In this document: positions 48,025 through 58,466 of the stretch, one piece after another
How positions within the stretch are numbered: position 1 is the first letter of the stretch
Layout: every line of letters begins with the position of its first letter
NCBI GenBank assembly: GCA_963822965.1
Contig: CAWGJT010000010.1
Coordinates: 1,024,001 to 1,088,000 of the forward strand
Reading direction: 5' to 3'
Origin: an uncultured delta proteobacterium
GTDB taxonomy: Bacteria > Myxococcota_A > UBA9160 > UBA4427
Length of the DNA stretch: 64,000 bases
Position numbers and translations under genes: made by a program
Notes under the pieces: generated by a model
What the model was told of the DNA's origin: nothing
The model's input: only the letters and a program-made list of their open reading frames with translations
The model's database searches: none

Positions 48025-48942
48025 ATGCAGATGTCGACGATGTGGTTCCGGGCCTGTGCCCGTCTGACGGGTGCCACGGCCGTGCTCGCCCTGACGGCGG
48101 GCGCGGCCGCCGCCGAGGAGCCCGTCCCGGACCCCTCCCCCGCAGCCGCCCCCGCGCTCTCGACACCCTCGACGGCAGCTACGACGACGGACGGCGACGC
48201 GCTCACCGGCCATGACATCTACGAGAAGGTGCTCGACAACCGCTTCGACTCCTACAAGGAAGAGCTGGTCATGCGCTCCGGCGACCGCGGCGGCAACGTG
48301 CAGGCCACCGAGATGGAGCTCAAGTACAAGAGCTTTCGCAACGAGGGCGATCGGTTCCTCTCCAAGGTGATCATGAAATACCAGGCACCCCAGGACGTGC
48401 GGCACCTGGGCTACCTCGTCATCAACAAGACGGACGGCAGCGAGGACCAGTTCGTCTACCGGCCCAGCTCGCGGCGCGTGCAGCGCATCAACCTGCGGGG
48501 CGAGGCGATCTTCGGGACGGACTTCGCCTTCGAGGACATCATCCCGCAGGAGATCGAAGACGCGACCTACGAGCGCAAGCCGGACGACCAGCTCGAGGGC
48601 ACGCCGGTCTACGTGGTCCAGGTGACCCCCAAGGAGACGGCGGACTCGGAGTACTCGAAGCTCGACGTCTACGTGGCGCGAGACTCCTTCGTCGCCCTCA
48701 AGGTCCGCTACTGGGACCGGGACGGCCTCGAGATCAAGGAGCTGAACGCCGACCCCACGTCCATCGCGATGTTCGAGCACGCGGACGACGGTGCGACGAA
48801 GCAGATCTGGATCGCCCGGAAGCAGAAGGTGGTGCATCTGCGCCTCGAGTCCTGGACCGAGCTGGAGGTGACCGAGCTCGACCCGAGCATCGACCTCTCG
48901 AGTCGGCACTTCTCGGAGCGGCAGCTCACGAGCAGCCACTGA
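48025..48942 (+). CDS. Outer membrane lipoprotein-sorting (LolA-like) protein
   Basis: APQDVR...DQFVYRPSSRRVQRI...GTDFAFED. Confidence 0.8.
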   Translation: MQMSTMWFRACARLTGATAVLALTAGAAAAEEPVPDPSPAAAPALSTPSTAATTTDGDALTGHDIYEKVLDNRFDSYKEELVMRSGDRGGNVQATEMELKYKSFRNEGDRFLSKVIMKYQAPQDVRHLGYLVINKTDGSEDQFVYRPSSRRVQRINLRGEAIFGTDFAFEDIIPQEIEDATYERKPDDQLEGTPVYVVQVTPKETADSEYSKLDVYVARDSFVALKVRYWDRDGLEIKELNADPTSIAMFEHADDGATKQIWIARKQKVVHLRLESWTELEVTELDPSIDLSSRHFSERQLTSSH

Positions 48943-49200
48943 CGAATCCACTGGATTCGACTGGGCAGCGGGCCGGCCGGAGCCGCGAGGCCGCGCCGGC
49001 GCCCGGTCGCGGTCGTGACCGGGGTCACCCAGCGGCGCCTCCGTCCCTTCGATCTTCGACTCCAGGCGGGTCCGTGGGCTCGCCGGGCCGGGCGTCCTCC
49101 CGACCTCCGTCGCGGGTCCGATCCGCACGGGCGCACTGAAGCGCCGGTCCCGACCCGCCGAAGAAGCCAGCAGCCCACGTAGTCGCCGGGAGGGCTGTTC

Positions 49201-50655
49201 TTGGCACGGAATCGACGAAAGGCCGCAGGGTCCCTCTCCGCCCTCGAGGCCCAGGCGCGAGCGGCGTTGGATGGGGAAGACCTGGGTCGCGCCCTCGACG
49301 CCTACCAGCAGCTCGAGGCGAAGGACGCCGCCAACCCCGAGTGGCCACGGCAGCTCGCGAATCTCTACCGCCGGACCGGTCGCTCGGACCTCGAGCTCGA
49401 CGCGCTCGTCCGCTGCGCGGATCGCCACGCCGCACGCCGGGAGTTCCTGCCGGCCCTGGCCACCTACAAGATGATCCTCAGCACCGACCCCGGCCACGTA
49501 GTGGCCCAGCAGCGCCTGAGCGAGCTGCAGCCCAACGACGCCGTGTCGGTCAACTACGCCGACGACGACGTCTACGCGCGACCGGCCCCGGAGGCGCCCT
49601 CCGCGCGGTTTCCCCTGGCCATGCCCCGGGAATCGGCGCCCCTGGACGAGCTCGTCCTCACCGACATCGTCGTGGGCGCGCATCCCGCCCACATGGCCGA
49701 CGACACCCTGGACGGCGTCCACGAGATTCCCCTGGACGTGCTCGCCGACATGTCCCGGGATCCCGGCCCGGCCGATCTCGAGACCGAGCCCTCCCCCGCC
49801 CAGGCCGCCGGCCTCGAGCGATCGCCGCTGTTCAGCTCCCTCGACCGGCAGTCGCTCGCGAAGCTCGTCCAGCAGGTCCGCCTGGTGGAGCTGGAGGCCG
49901 GAGCCGTGCTGTTCCGTCAGGGCGACCCGGCCGGCGCGCTCTACCTCGTCGTCCAGGGGGCGGTGGTGCCCATCGCCGAGGGCGAGCCCCGAACCCGGCT
50001 GGCGGTGCTCGAGCCCGGGGAGTTCTTCGGCGAGATCGCGCTCTTCACCAACCAGCCCCGCAACGCCACGATCGAGGCCCTGGTCGACTCCCAGCTGCTG
50101 GCGATCGACCGCGCCGTCATGTGGCGCCTCGTCCAGGAGCACGCACAGGTGCTGTCGGTGCTCCTCCACTTCCTGCGCGAACGCCTCATCCACCGACTGG
50201 TCCGAACGAGCCCCCTGTTCCAGATCTTCTCGACCACCAAGCGATCCGCCATCGCCCGACGCTTCCGCTTCCTCGAGGTCTCCGACGGGCACGCCGTGAT
50301 CGAGCAGCATCACCCGGCCGACGGCTTGTTCATCCTGCTCTCCGGCCGCATGGACGTGGTCCATCGGGAGGAGGAGCCCGCCGAGGGCGGGGAGAAGGTG
50401 CTCGCCACCCTGGGGCCGGGCGACCTGTTCGGAGAGATGTCCCTGCTGTGGCGCGAGCCGTCGCTGGCCAGCGTCGAGGCTCGCGGTAAGTGCTGGGTGC
50501 TGGCGCTCCCGGCCCAGAGCTTCCGCGAGATGCTCGATCACCACCCGGAGCTGGCCGAGCTGGCGGCCCGCATCGCCGACGAGCGCCGCCGGAAGAACAA
50601 GCGAACCCTGCGCGACGCGCTGCGCCACCGGGACGGCAAGGCGGGCATCATCTAG
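49201..50655 (+). CDS. TPR + tandem cyclic-nucleotide-binding domain protein
   Basis: FFGEIAL...PRNATI; LFGEMSL. Confidence 0.88.
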   Translation: MARNRRKAAGSLSALEAQARAALDGEDLGRALDAYQQLEAKDAANPEWPRQLANLYRRTGRSDLELDALVRCADRHAARREFLPALATYKMILSTDPGHVVAQQRLSELQPNDAVSVNYADDDVYARPAPEAPSARFPLAMPRESAPLDELVLTDIVVGAHPAHMADDTLDGVHEIPLDVLADMSRDPGPADLETEPSPAQAAGLERSPLFSSLDRQSLAKLVQQVRLVELEAGAVLFRQGDPAGALYLVVQGAVVPIAEGEPRTRLAVLEPGEFFGEIALFTNQPRNATIEALVDSQLLAIDRAVMWRLVQEHAQVLSVLLHFLRERLIHRLVRTSPLFQIFSTTKRSAIARRFRFLEVSDGHAVIEQHHPADGLFILLSGRMDVVHREEEPAEGGEKVLATLGPGDLFGEMSLLWREPSLASVEARGKCWVLALPAQSFREMLDHHPELAELAARIADERRRKNKRTLRDALRHRDGKAGII

Positions 50656-50866
50656 CCCTGATCCGGCATGCGGATCAGGGCGCAACTCCCAATGCCGTTC
50701 GGATTCACGAGGCTGCTCGGTCCGCGCTGCGATCCGAATCCGCCCCCAGGATCTCACGACGATGAGGTTGTCGCGCTCAGGCTGATCGGAGCGATCTCGC
50801 GGGATCCGCCAGGGCTGGCCGGCTCTGCGCACGCGAGAAGCTCGAGGAATGACGCGTTGGGGCTAG
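50652..50866. mobile_element. MITE-like element family A, copy 1
   Basis: CTAG at both ends, imperfect TIRs, homologous to 56803-57019. Confidence 0.75.
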
Positions 50867-52134
50867 AAGCGGTCGCTCTCCCAGGTGGCCGCGCGCAACG
50901 ACAGGCTGTACTCGCTGCAGTCGGTGTCCCGCGGCAGGGCCATCTTGCGGGTGGTCCGCTGGCGCGCCGGGACCGGGTCGACGACCACCTCGAAGCGGCC
51001 GCCCGGGCACTCGACCTCCGCCGAGAACTCGCGCACGCCCGTGCGCGCGCGATTGACCCCGGTCACCTCGACCTCGACCCGGCCGTCCCGCCAGCGCAGC
51101 AACCGTGACTCGAGCCGCAGCCACTGCGCGATGTCGAGCTTCCGGTTCTCGTCGCCGCCGAGCGCGCCGAGCTGGATCTGATGGTGCTCGTGGTCGAGGG
51201 AGACCTGGAACTGTCCCGTGACGTTGAGCCCCAGCAGCCCCGACACCTCGTCGGTGGCACACGGCTCGCACACCGCGACGGTCACCCACTCCACCACCGC
51301 GTCGCCCAGCCACACCGCATCCACCAGCACGAGGGGCGCCTCGATTTCGCCGTTGGCCGTGCGCAGGAGGACGAGCGGCGCGTCGTCGGGGACCTCGACC
51401 TCGAGCAGATCGAGGGCGGCGCGGTTCAGCGTGGTGTAGGTGGCTCCCGTGTCGAAGATCATCGGGAACTCCTCGCCGTAACGGGGGCCGTCGAAGAAGG
51501 CCGCCACCCGCATGCTCTCGCCGCGCCCCTCGTAGGGAATCACGACCTCGCCCTGGGCCTCGCGCTGCTCGGCGACGCGCCGGGCGGCTTCGGCTGCCTG
51601 CGCCGCCTCGGCCGCCGTCCCCGGCAGCGGGGCCGCCAACGGCGTGGGCGCGGGCTCCGCCCCGAGCAGCGACACGAGCCCGCCGCCCAGAGCGCGCACC
51701 CGCCCACCGCCGGTCTCGCCGAAGGGGCTCGCCAGCACCGTCAGCCCCGCCTCGGTCGCCTGGCTGCGCTCCCCGGGAAAGTAGAAGGGCATCACCAGCA
51801 GGACCGCCAGTGACCAGAACCAGGCGCATCCGGCCAGCTCGGCCAGCCGGAAGCCCGTCCCGACGAGCGTCCCGAGGCCGACGATCGGAAGCAGCACGAG
51901 GGCCAGTCCGGTCACCAGGGCCGGCAGCACGGCGAGGTTGCGGGCGAGCCCGAGCCCGGTGAGGACGGCGACCGCGAGCGCGACCATCGGCAGCGCCGTG
52001 ACCGCGAGAGTCACCGCGATCCAGCCCGCCGGGCGCCGCCCGCTCGGTTCCTCGCCCTGCGCGGCTGCGAGAGCGTCTTCTCCGCCTTCCCCCCTGGCCA
52101 CGGGGGGAGCATCACCCAGGCGTGGAGGCCCCAC
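50863..52134 (-). CDS. Membrane-anchored retropepsin-like aspartic protease
   Basis: MIFDTGAT, TANG, GLLGLN; N-terminal TMs. Confidence 0.85.
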   Translation of the reverse strand: MGPPRLGDAPPVARGEGGEDALAAAQGEEPSGRRPAGWIAVTLAVTALPMVALAVAVLTGLGLARNLAVLPALVTGLALVLLPIVGLGTLVGTGFRLAELAGCAWFWSLAVLLVMPFYFPGERSQATEAGLTVLASPFGETGGGRVRALGGGLVSLLGAEPAPTPLAAPLPGTAAEAAQAAEAARRVAEQREAQGEVVIPYEGRGESMRVAAFFDGPRYGEEFPMIFDTGATYTTLNRAALDLLEVEVPDDAPLVLLRTANGEIEAPLVLVDAVWLGDAVVEWVTVAVCEPCATDEVSGLLGLNVTGQFQVSLDHEHHQIQLGALGGDENRKLDIAQWLRLESRLLRWRDGRVEVEVTGVNRARTGVREFSAEVECPGGRFEVVVDPVPARQRTTRKMALPRDTDCSEYSLSLRAATWESDRF

Positions 52135-53641
52135 CAGCCGGCCCGCCCGGCGCTCGCTCCGGCCGGGCTCCGGCCGCCCGAGCGGCCACCGCGAAGGCCT
52201 CCTCGGGCGAGTAGACGAGCTGGTGCCTGCCCCAGAGCGCGAAGTAGACGAGCCCCAGCGCGTACCAGATGGCCGCGCCGACGACGACCTTCTGGTAGAC
52301 GGGATCGGCCACGAACAGCGCCACTGCGGTGAGCCCCGCGATCACCAGGGCCACCAGGGCGCCCGGAACGCCCAGGGGGCTGCGGTACGGACGCTCCACG
52401 TGGGGCAGGCGCCAGCGCAGCAGCACGAACGACGCCATCTGCAGCACGTAGGAGAGGACCGCGCCGAAGACCGCCATGTTGAGGAGCACGGCGCCGACGG
52501 GGTGCTTCGGGCCGAGCACGTGGATCGTGAGGGCCACGCCGTACCCGAGCGCCGCGCCCACCACCAGCGCCACGTGCGGCGTGTGCCGCACCGGATGGGT
52601 GCGCGAGAGCCAGCGCGGGAAGTAGCCGGCTCGCGAGAGCGAGAAGATCTGCCGTCCATAGGCGAAGATGATCGAGTGGAAGCTCGCCACCAGGCCCGCC
52701 ACCGCGACCAGGGCCAGGGCGCGCGTCCCGAGACCGGCGCCGAAGACCGTCCGCAACCCGTCGAAGAGCGGCTCGTCCGAGTGTCCGAGAACCGCGGCGC
52801 CCGGCGCGATGCCCGCCGACAGCACCAGGGTGGCGAAGGCACACAGCACCAGCGTGGCGAGCCCCAGCAGGATGCCCCGGGGCATGTCGACCCGGGGATC
52901 GTGGGATTCCTCCGCCGCCAGGGGGAGCTGCTCGATGGCCAGGTAGAACCAGATGGCGAAGGGCAACGCGGCGACCACGCCCGACAGGCCCCGGGGCAGG
53001 AAGCGCGTGGCGCCGGGGCTCGGCTCGAGCGTGTAGGCGTAGCGCGCCAGGTCCAGCTCGAAGAGGGCTCCGGCATAGAAGAGGACGAGGATCGCCAGCG
53101 CCAGTGCCGTGATGACCACGGTGAAGCGGAAGGAGGCCTCCACCCCCACCACGTTCAGGCCGACGAAGATCGCGTACGCCAGCGCCCACCAGGCCGGCGC
53201 CCACGCGTCCGGCGTCTCGAAGATGGCGCCGAGGTAGCCACCGATGCCGACCACGATCACCGCCGGCGTGAGGATGTACTCCATGTTCTCGGCGAGACCG
53301 GTCACGTAGCCGCCCCACGGTCCCATGGCGGAGCGCGCGAACGAGTAGGCGCCGCCCGTGTGCGGGAGCGCGGGCGACATCTCCGCGATGCTGAAGCAGA
53401 GGCCCGCGTACATCACGGTGATCACCAGCGTGGCGATCAGCAGCCCCCCGAAGCCGCCGGCGAGGAGTCCGAAGTTCCAGCCGAAGAAGTCGCCGCTGAT
53501 GACGGCGCCCACCCCCAGCGCCCACAGGGAGCCGACCCGCGCGTGCCGGCGCAGGCGCCGGGCCTCGAAGTAGCCCGACTCCACCGGGTTGTAGGCGACC
53601 CCGCCGCTCCGCTCGGGCGCGCCGCCCGTGTCGTCGCTCAT
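52112..53641 (-). CDS. APC family amino acid/ethanolamine permease
   Basis: LWALGVGAVISGDFFGWNFG, IWFYLAIEQLPLAAEE. Confidence 0.9.
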   Translation of the reverse strand: MSDDTGGAPERSGGVAYNPVESGYFEARRLRRHARVGSLWALGVGAVISGDFFGWNFGLLAGGFGGLLIATLVITVMYAGLCFSIAEMSPALPHTGGAYSFARSAMGPWGGYVTGLAENMEYILTPAVIVVGIGGYLGAIFETPDAWAPAWWALAYAIFVGLNVVGVEASFRFTVVITALALAILVLFYAGALFELDLARYAYTLEPSPGATRFLPRGLSGVVAALPFAIWFYLAIEQLPLAAEESHDPRVDMPRGILLGLATLVLCAFATLVLSAGIAPGAAVLGHSDEPLFDGLRTVFGAGLGTRALALVAVAGLVASFHSIIFAYGRQIFSLSRAGYFPRWLSRTHPVRHTPHVALVVGAALGYGVALTIHVLGPKHPVGAVLLNMAVFGAVLSYVLQMASFVLLRWRLPHVERPYRSPLGVPGALVALVIAGLTAVALFVADPVYQKVVVGAAIWYALGLVYFALWGRHQLVYSPEEAFAVAARAAGARPERAPGGPAGGASTPG

Positions 53642-53870
53642 GCCGGCGCCGAGGGTGCCCCATCCCCGCACTGCTCGACAGGCCGGGCAACGCCCGTGGC
53701 CGGCCGCCTCAGAGCCTGTGAAGGAATCCTCGACCGAGTCAGACGCTGCGCCGGTGGGTCGGATGCAAGGCGCGACGACGAGGCGTAGCGCGCCTACGGC
53801 GAGGAGGAGCAACGCCGCAGACGGCCCACCGCCGCAAGCCTGGCGACCGAGAGGATTCCTTCACAGGCTC

Positions 53871-54791
53871 TCAGGGCAAGGGGTACCCGAACTCCGCCAG
53901 GCCCAGGGCTCGGGACTTCTCGAGCCGGGCGTTCGATTCCCGGAAGCGATCCTCGATGGCCCGGATCGACGCCGGGTCGAGGAAGTCCTCCAGCTCCTGG
54001 ACGTGGCCCATGAAGGGCAGCCGATCGATGGCGGGGATGATGGCGTCCAGCAGGCTGTGGAAGCCCGGCACGTCCACGATGCAGGACGAGTTGGGCATCT
54101 CGCGATTGTGGAAGAGGTTCAGGACACGCAGCAACGCCAGGGTGCCGCTGCGATAGCCCGCGTTGACCGCGCCGACGGGCACGGCTCCCGCGTCCACCTC
54201 GAGGTCGAGATCTCGGGCGAAGCGCACCACGAAGTCGCGCGGGCGGGTCGAGAAGTCCTCGTAGAGGTACACGTTCACGTTCTCGGCGCCGAAGAGCGAC
54301 TCGTACAGCGAGATCAGGCGGTCGTAGACCAGGAAATCGAGTGAGAAGTTCGGCGTCTTGTGGGGCGACCTCGAGGGCGTGAGGAAGTGCTGGATGCGGT
54401 GGGTGCCGCCGCTCTTGATGTACTGCTTGTACGCGGAGGTCACCATCGTCCGCTGGTTGCGGATGAAGACCACGACGCGCCCCTCCGGCAGGCAGGCGTG
54501 CAGCCGCTCGGCGATTTCGCGCGAGAAGGCGCCGTGCAGGCCCCCCGTATGCAGGTTGCCCGAGAGCTCCTCCTCGCTCACGACGACGCGACCCGCGCGT
54601 CCCTCGAGCAGGCGCGCGCGCGCTGCCGCCGCGTCGAAGGAGACCGGCGTGGGCACCAGGATCTGGTTGCGGATCTCGATGCGAGGCACGAGCGCGACGT
54701 CGCGACAGCGGGGAAAGAACACGCGCTGCAGCCACGAGCTGCCCGTCTTGTGGTACCCGATGTGCAGGATGGGGGCGTTGGAATCGCTCAC
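53871..54791 (-). CDS. Sulfotransferase-like protein
   Basis: LHIGYHKTGSSWLQ PAPS-binding loop, SEEELS. Confidence 0.8.
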   Translation of the reverse strand: MSDSNAPILHIGYHKTGSSWLQRVFFPRCRDVALVPRIEIRNQILVPTPVSFDAAAARARLLEGRAGRVVVSEEELSGNLHTGGLHGAFSREIAERLHACLPEGRVVVFIRNQRTMVTSAYKQYIKSGGTHRIQHFLTPSRSPHKTPNFSLDFLVYDRLISLYESLFGAENVNVYLYEDFSTRPRDFVVRFARDLDLEVDAGAVPVGAVNAGYRSGTLALLRVLNLFHNREMPNSSCIVDVPGFHSLLDAIIPAIDRLPFMGHVQELEDFLDPASIRAIEDRFRESNARLEKSRALGLAEFGYPLP

Positions 54792-55852
54792 GGTCTCTCC
54801 CCCGGTGGCGCGAGCCCCGACTCGGGGGCGACCTCTTCCGGGGTCAGCACCCCCTGCGCCAGCAGGGTCTCGACGATGGCCCGTGCGGCCATGGCGTGAC
54901 CGCGCGCATTCCAGTGGGTGTCGCCGGGAAAGTGGATCGAATCGATCCCCTCCCGATCGGCGGGAAAGAAGCGCATCAGGTCGGGGAAGTCGAACCCGGA
55001 CAGATCCACCCGGTAGCGCCGCTCGAGACACTCCTCGGGATGCGGTAGGAACAGCAGGGCGAAGCGCGCGCCCCGCGCGTGCGCGATGCGCCGGGCCTCC
55101 TCGATCACCGCGTGCGCCTCCTCCTCGACCGGCGGGGGATCCAGGAGCTCGAAGAGGCGCTGCCAGCCCGCCCCGGTGAAGCGGGCCTGGAACAGGAGCG
55201 CCTTCAGCCGGTTCCACGGCGTGTCCAGGGTGACGGTCACCAGCCGCCCGCCCTGCAGGTCCGGGTAGTGCTCGATGTGCCCCTTGGAGCGGCGCAGGAG
55301 CTGTCGCGAGGGGTAGCGGAAGTGCTTGAAGCTGCGCTCGAGGTCGTTCGAGATGGGCGCGAAGAGCACCAGGTCGCCCGGCTCGATGCGGTCGGCCAGC
55401 CCGGCCAGCCGTTGCAGCTCCTGCACGAGCCCGTAGCCCATCACCCCGGCGTTCATCACGTGGACCCCGGGCGCCAGCAGCCGGCTCGCCATCACGCTCG
55501 TATAGGTCGCGTCGTCCGGCACCCCGTGCCCGAAGGTGAAGGAGTCCCCGAATACCCAGATGCGCTCCCTGGCGGCGCCGCGGTTCGCGACGTGGCGCAG
55601 GCCGTCGGGATCGATCCCGTACTCCACCGCGAATTCGCCCGGGCTCACGTGGCGGCCCCGGCTGCCGGGCTGCAGCGCCCAGCCGAGCCGGGGATCGGGC
55701 TGGTGCACGCCCTCGATCTGCTCCTCCTCGTCCGCCGCGACCACCTTGCGATAGCCCAGGCCCACGTCGATCCCGAGGAGCAGCAGGACGAGGCCCAGCG
55801 AGACGAGCGCCGGGGCGAGATGCTTGCGAATCGCGACCGCCTCCGATTCCAT
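54788..55852 (-). CDS. SGNH hydrolase-like membrane-anchored protein
   Basis: FGDSFTFG, NAGVMGYG, DTHWN. Confidence 0.85.
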   Translation of the reverse strand: MESEAVAIRKHLAPALVSLGLVLLLLGIDVGLGYRKVVAADEEEQIEGVHQPDPRLGWALQPGSRGRHVSPGEFAVEYGIDPDGLRHVANRGAARERIWVFGDSFTFGHGVPDDATYTSVMASRLLAPGVHVMNAGVMGYGLVQELQRLAGLADRIEPGDLVLFAPISNDLERSFKHFRYPSRQLLRRSKGHIEHYPDLQGGRLVTVTLDTPWNRLKALLFQARFTGAGWQRLFELLDPPPVEEEAHAVIEEARRIAHARGARFALLFLPHPEECLERRYRVDLSGFDFPDLMRFFPADREGIDSIHFPGDTHWNARGHAMAARAIVETLLAQGVLTPEEVAPESGLAPPGERP

Positions 55853-55936
55853 GCGCTTCGGGTACAGCCGAGCGCCGACGCTGCGGGGGGACCGGCCGGA
55901 GCCGGCGAGCGCGCAGGATAACCGACCCGAGGAGCC

Positions 55937-56806
55937 GTGAGCGACTCTGCCAGCCACGCCGCGACCGAAGCCGAGAAGGCCGGCCGGCCGGGAATCGCCC
56001 CGGACCAGGCGCCGCGGATCGTCTACGTCGCGAGCGTCACCCACAGCGGCTCGACCCTCGTCGATCTGGTCCTCGGGGCCCACTCGCAGCTCGAGAGCCT
56101 CGGCGAGCTGAAGGTCCTCTCGCGCGCCCGCAACGACAAGCGCGAGCGCGTGCTGGCGGCTCGCTGTACCTGCGGCGCCGACTCCAAGGAGACGTGCACG
56201 TTCTGGCGCGGCGTGGACGCGCGGCTCCGGCAGGACGTCGGCTGCGGGCTGCACGAGGTGGACCTGGACGCTCCGGACGAGCCGACCTTCCGGTCCCACA
56301 ACCGGGCGCTGTTCGCCGCCGCGTCGGCCGTCTCCGGCGCCTCGTGGATCGTCGACTCCTCGAAGAGCCCGCGGCGCCTGCGGCGGCTGCTGGCGACGGG
56401 CTTCGACGTGCGTCCCATCCATCTCACCCGCAGTCCCTACGGCGTCACCTATTCGCACATCAAGAAGGGGCGGAGCACGGCGCAGGGCGCGCTGCGGTAC
56501 ACGAAGACACGGCTGCAGCTCGAGTGGCTGCTGCGGGGCGTACCGCACGCGACGCTTCGCTACGAGTCGTTCGTTCGGCAGCCGGAAGCCGAGATGGGCC
56601 GCATCATGGCCTGGCTCGGCCTCGGCTTCGAGCCGAGCCAGCTCGACTGGACCGCCGGGCCGCACCACAACATCTGCGGCAACCGCATGCGCTTCGCGAC
56701 GACGCCGGAGATCCGCCTCGACGAGGCCTGGCGAAACGCGTTGTCGCCGCTCCAGAAGGGCGCCGTCGCGGGGCTGACGTGGCCCGCCCGGCTGCTGCGG
56801 AGCTAG
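55937..56806 (+). CDS. Sulfotransferase family protein
   Basis: HSGSTL, VDSSK, LRYE, GNRMR. Confidence 0.85.
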   Translation: MSDSASHAATEAEKAGRPGIAPDQAPRIVYVASVTHSGSTLVDLVLGAHSQLESLGELKVLSRARNDKRERVLAARCTCGADSKETCTFWRGVDARLRQDVGCGLHEVDLDAPDEPTFRSHNRALFAAASAVSGASWIVDSSKSPRRLRRLLATGFDVRPIHLTRSPYGVTYSHIKKGRSTAQGALRYTKTRLQLEWLLRGVPHATLRYESFVRQPEAEMGRIMAWLGLGFEPSQLDWTAGPHHNICGNRMRFATTPEIRLDEAWRNALSPLQKGAVAGLTWPARLLRS

Positions 56807-57019
56807 CCGTGATCCGTCATGCGGATCAGGGCGCAACTTCCAATGCCCGCCGAATCGCTGCGTCTTGCTCGGTCCGTGCCGCGATCCGAGCCTGGCGCCA
56901 GGATCTCATGGCAATGAGGTTGTCGCGCCCGGGCTGATTCCGGCGATCTCGCAGGATCCGCAAGGGCTGGCAGGGCCTGCGGCACGCGGAAGGCGCGCTG
57001 AATGACGCATTGGGGCTAG
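56803..57019. mobile_element. MITE-like element family A, copy 2
   Basis: CTAG ends; homologous to 50652-50866. Confidence 0.75.
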
Positions 57020-57182
57020 GAGCCTGACCCAAGACACCTCGCGCCGCCCTGACGCCGATGCATCGCCGCTGGCTGCGTTGCGCTGCGTCGCCGTAGCCCG
57101 CGCTACGGCCTCCTCACGCGCCTTGCCAGTGGCGCGCCTCGACGCCAGGGCTTTCCACGGGAGTCTTGGGTCAGGCTCCTAG
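57016..57182. mobile_element. MITE-like element family B
   Basis: Perfect 20-bp inverted ends CTAGGAGCCTGACCCAAGAC / GTCTTGGGTCAGGCTCCTAG. Confidence 0.8.
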
Positions 57183-57195
57183 CCGGCGGCGGCGC

Positions 57196-58347
57196 TCAGT
57201 CGAGCAGCACGGCCAGGTAGCGCTCGCCCACGATCTCGACGGTGAACTCCCGGGCCCGGCGGCGGCGCACGTCGGAGTCGCCCGGGTCGCGCAGGCAGGC
57301 GCCGATGGCGTCCGCCATCGCGGACACGTCGCCTACGGGCACGAGGCGCCCGTAGCGGCCACCCTCCAGGATTTCGCTCGGGCCGCTGGGACAGTCGGTG
57401 CTCACCACCGGACAGCCGGTGGCCAGCGCTTCCACCAACACGTTCCCGAATCCCTCCCAGGCCGAGGACAGCACGAAGACCGCCGCGCGCGCCATGGCGG
57501 AGACGGGGTTCGGGTCGAAGCCCGGCAGTGCCACGTCCCGGGCGATCCCCAGCTCCTCGGCCAGCGCCTGCAGGCGCTCGAGCTCGCGTCCTTCGCCCAG
57601 GACGAGCAGGCGTGCCTCGGTGGTGGCGCGCACCCGGGCGAAGGCGCGGAGCAGGGTCGGGAAGTCCTTCTGGGGCACGAGCCGGCCCACCCCCAGCACC
57701 ACGGGCGGCCCGGGCTCGCGCAGCCACGCGATGCCCCGGCGGCTCCTGGGCGCGCTTCTCGAGCCCGGCGTCCACCGACGGGTTGTGGATGACGTGCAGC
57801 TGCGACGGCCGGCCGCCACGCTGCCGGATCACGTCCTCGCCCACGCCATGGGAGATGGCGATGATGCGGTCGGCTCGCGGGAACAGGTGGCGGACCCGGC
57901 GCATGCGGCGGCGCTGGCCCCAGGTGCCCTCGACCTCGGGCGAGCGGGTGAGCTGGTTGTCGATGCGGAGCACCAGGCGGCTCTCCGACCTGGCGAGCCG
58001 GTGCGCGAGCACCGCCGCCACGTTGACCGAGTCGGAGCTGGACATGAGCGCGTCGGGCTGCTCGACCCGCAGGTAGCGGGCCAGGGGACGCACGGCCGCC
58101 AGCATGCGGCGCCGCTTCTTGGCGGCGAGTAGATCGGAAGCCGCGTCAGCCAGTTGCCGAGCTCCACGATGCGGACGCGAGCGTCGACCCGGTCGTGCAG
58201 CACGCCGCCCGGCTTCGCGAGCAGCAGGTCGACGCGATGCCCCGCCTCGACGAAGAAGTTGGCGAGGCTCACCATCTTGCGCTGGGCGCCGCCACCGCCG
58301 AGGTTCGAGATGAACAGCGCGATGTGGGCCGCGTCACGGCGTTGCAT
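57196..58347 (-). CDS. GT4 glycosyltransferase, apparent frameshifts near 58130 and 57740
   Basis: [27 protein letters not shown] spread over three frames. Confidence 0.85.
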
Positions 58348-58410
58348 CGACGTCCCCCCGGCGGCCGGCTGGCCCGATTGCCGTCCGACGCGGCCTACCA
58401 TACCCGGACT

Positions 58411-58454
58411 CGCGCGACGAAGCCGGCCCGGCCGCGCGACGAAGCCGGCCCGGC
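58411..58454. repeat. 2 x 22-bp tandem repeat CGCGCGACGAAGCCGGCCCGGC
   Basis: Direct inspection. Confidence 0.88.
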
Positions 58455-58466
58455 CGCGCGCGGAGG

